This document shows positions 62,945 through 64,000 of a stretch of DNA of 64,000 nucleotides, in pieces. The first letter of the stretch is position 1, and every line of letters begins with the position of its first letter. The DNA comes from Nitrososphaerales archaeon (GTDB lineage: Archaea > Thermoproteota > Nitrososphaeria > Nitrososphaerales > Gagatemarchaeaceae). The notes beneath the pieces were generated by a model that saw only the letters and a list, made by a program, of their open reading frames with translations, had not been told where the DNA came from and searched no databases. The stretch is from assembly GCA_030039795.1 (NCBI GenBank), contig JASHUU010000051.1, positions 24,028 through 88,027 of the forward strand, written 5' to 3'. The position numbers and the translations under genes were made by a program.

Positions 62945-63175
62945 TTGTCCGTTGACATGGCAGTCAAGGCCCTCGACGAGAGCGTGGGCAAGGTCGTCCT
63001 GATCAAGCTGAAGGGCGGCAAGGTGATCAGAGGCACGCTCCAAGGCTTCGACCAGCACATGAACATCTCCCTCGAGACCGCGGAAGAAGTGGCCTCCGAC
63101 GGCAGGTCGAACAGCCTGGGCACCCTCATCGTGAGGGGCGACAACATCGTCATGATCTCGCCGCCCCCGAGCTGA
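62945..63175 (+). CDS. Sm-like archaeal protein (LSm)
   Basis: Contains VVLIKLKGGKVIRGTLQGFDQHMNISLETAEE and IVRGDNIVMI. An alternative ATG start lies at 62957. Confidence 0.9.
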   Translation: MSVDMAVKALDESVGKVVLIKLKGGKVIRGTLQGFDQHMNISLETAEEVASDGRSNSLGTLIVRGDNIVMISPPPS

Positions 63176-63231
63176 AGGGCGAACCAGCGAACCTATCTTT
63201 AATACCGAACCCGACACTGGCGGGCGCAGGG

Positions 63232-63897
63232 ATGCTCGATCTACTCACCGCCCTCGTCTCAGGGGGGGCCGGAGTGGCGGCGGGAGCGGTCGTCGTCTAC
63301 TTGGTGTTCTACTCCCGTCCCGAGCCTGAGAAGGTCGTGGTGGCGGCCCGCGACCCCAGGATGGGCGCCGTCGTGACCACCGTGTCCTCCTCCGACCTGG
63401 ACAGGTCGAAGAGGGAGATGCGCACGGTGATGGTGGAGAGGGACCTGCTCTCCTCTGCCCTGATGAAGCTCTACGAGGCGGAGAGCGAGGGGAGGATAAC
63501 GCGCGAGGAGAGGGAGGCGATCTCAAAGCGGTACAGCGAGCAGATCAAGGGCCTGCAATCGAAGCTCGAGGACGTCGAGCTCGTGGTGGAGGTGGGCGAG
63601 CTCGAAGGCCTGAGGAACGAGCTCATGAACCTCTTCGAGCAGAAGGTCCAGAACATCGAGTCCAGGCTCGAGGTCGCCAGGCAGAAGCTCGGGGTCACCG
63701 CGCAGCCCGAGGCGCCGAAGGCCCCCTCGGAGCCGAAGAAGGAGCGCGTCACAGACCTGGAGAGGGCCGTGGAGAAGCGGGCGAAGCCCGAGATGAGCGA
63801 GTCAGAGAAGAGGGTCAAGGAGCTCAGGGACGAGGTCATGGACGCCCTCACCCGCCTCGAGCAGATCGACATAGAAAAGAAGCAGCAGGAAAGCTGA
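63232..63897 (+). CDS. N-terminally membrane-anchored coiled-coil protein; function unknown
   Basis: A hydrophobic N-terminus (LLTALVSGGAGVAAGAVVVYLVFY) is followed by a long charged heptad-like region. Confidence 0.5.
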   Translation: MLDLLTALVSGGAGVAAGAVVVYLVFYSRPEPEKVVVAARDPRMGAVVTTVSSSDLDRSKREMRTVMVERDLLSSALMKLYEAESEGRITREEREAISKRYSEQIKGLQSKLEDVELVVEVGELEGLRNELMNLFEQKVQNIESRLEVARQKLGVTAQPEAPKAPSEPKKERVTDLERAVEKRAKPEMSESEKRVKELRDEVMDALTRLEQIDIEKKQQES

Positions 63898-64000
63898 TGG
63901 AGAGCCAGAGGCAGGCGCTGAAGGGAGTAGCCAAGGAAATCTCGAGAAAGCTCGGCCGCGGAGCCACGCTGGGCCTGGGCAGCGGCTCGACCGTGGCGGC
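63897..64000 (+). CDS. rpiA: Ribose-5-phosphate isomerase A, N-terminal fragment (runs off the window)
   Basis: KGVAKEISRKLGRGATLGLGSGSTVA matches the RpiA N-terminal GLG(T/S)GST motif. The ATG overlaps the upstream stop (TGATG). Confidence 0.55.
   Translation, partial: MESQRQALKGVAKEISRKLGRGATLGLGSGSTVA

Noticed and set aside
62240-63217. A 325-aa minus-strand ORF spanning the PUA and Sm genes, and similar long antisense or alternate-frame ORFs at 47028..48092, 55302..55916, 59217..59870, 36983..37888 and 60511..61854
   Set aside because: Each lies entirely within or across well-supported genes, has a low-complexity R/G/P/A-rich translation, and shows no motifs. Such ORFs are expected by chance at this G+C content.
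1-64000. CRISPR arrays, rRNA genes, transposases or integrases, and prophage modules
   Set aside because: No regularly spaced direct repeats, no rRNA-like sequence, and no recombinase, transposase or capsid-like ORF was recognised anywhere. The two lower-G+C islands are therefore not called as mobile elements.

Overview
This is a high-G+C (about 60-67% by eye in the core genes) archaeal chromosomal segment, densely coded on both strands. All calls come from reading the supplied ORF translations and the DNA by eye. No searches, covariance models or statistics were run, and family names rest on remembered motifs.

Content, left to right:
- sdhA (partial) and sdhB
- a minus-strand suf Fe-S assembly operon: sufC, an intein-containing sufB, sufD, a Rieske protein, sufS and sufU, followed by two membrane proteins
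- a GAF/fRMsr-like protein, an aquaporin and a thermosome subunit
- several small proteins
- a reverse-transsulfuration pair (CBS and a cystathionine gamma-lyase-like enzyme)
- a tRNA-Lys(CUU) gene
- diphthine synthase, a wHTH-RibL fusion, translin-like and EamA proteins
- FEN1, aEF-1beta, a geranylgeranyl reductase, Pth2 and TruD
- ribosomal proteins eL15, eS1 and uS15
- SerRS, a RecJ-like protein, Kae1 and Bud32
- a beta-oxidation cluster
- two proteasome beta paralogs, RtcA, NMNAT, FKBP, G1P dehydrogenase and aCPSF1
- SepF, a PUA protein, an Sm protein and the start of rpiA

No CRISPR array, rRNA, transposase or integrase was recognised.

Main second-look items:
1. The tRNA-Lys(CUU) gene only folds into a perfect 75-nt cloverleaf after three separate introns are removed (D-arm, canonical 37/38, T-arm 53/54). 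Each intron has a bulge-helix-bulge-like junction.
2. SufB carries a 359-aa LAGLIDADG intein.
3. An identical 15-nt inverted-repeat motif sits in both the sufB and sufC promoter regions.
4. In sufS and a Pop5-like gene, conserved N-terminal coding sequence lies upstream of any ATG, GTG or TTG and directly after an upstream stop codon.
5. SdhB has a fused C-terminal transmembrane helix, and no sdhCD genes are adjacent.
6. One proteasome beta paralog has Thr1 replaced by Ala.
7. Two lower-G+C islands encode secreted proteins, including a G1 (eqolisin)-like peptidase and an ORF interrupted by an in-frame TAA.
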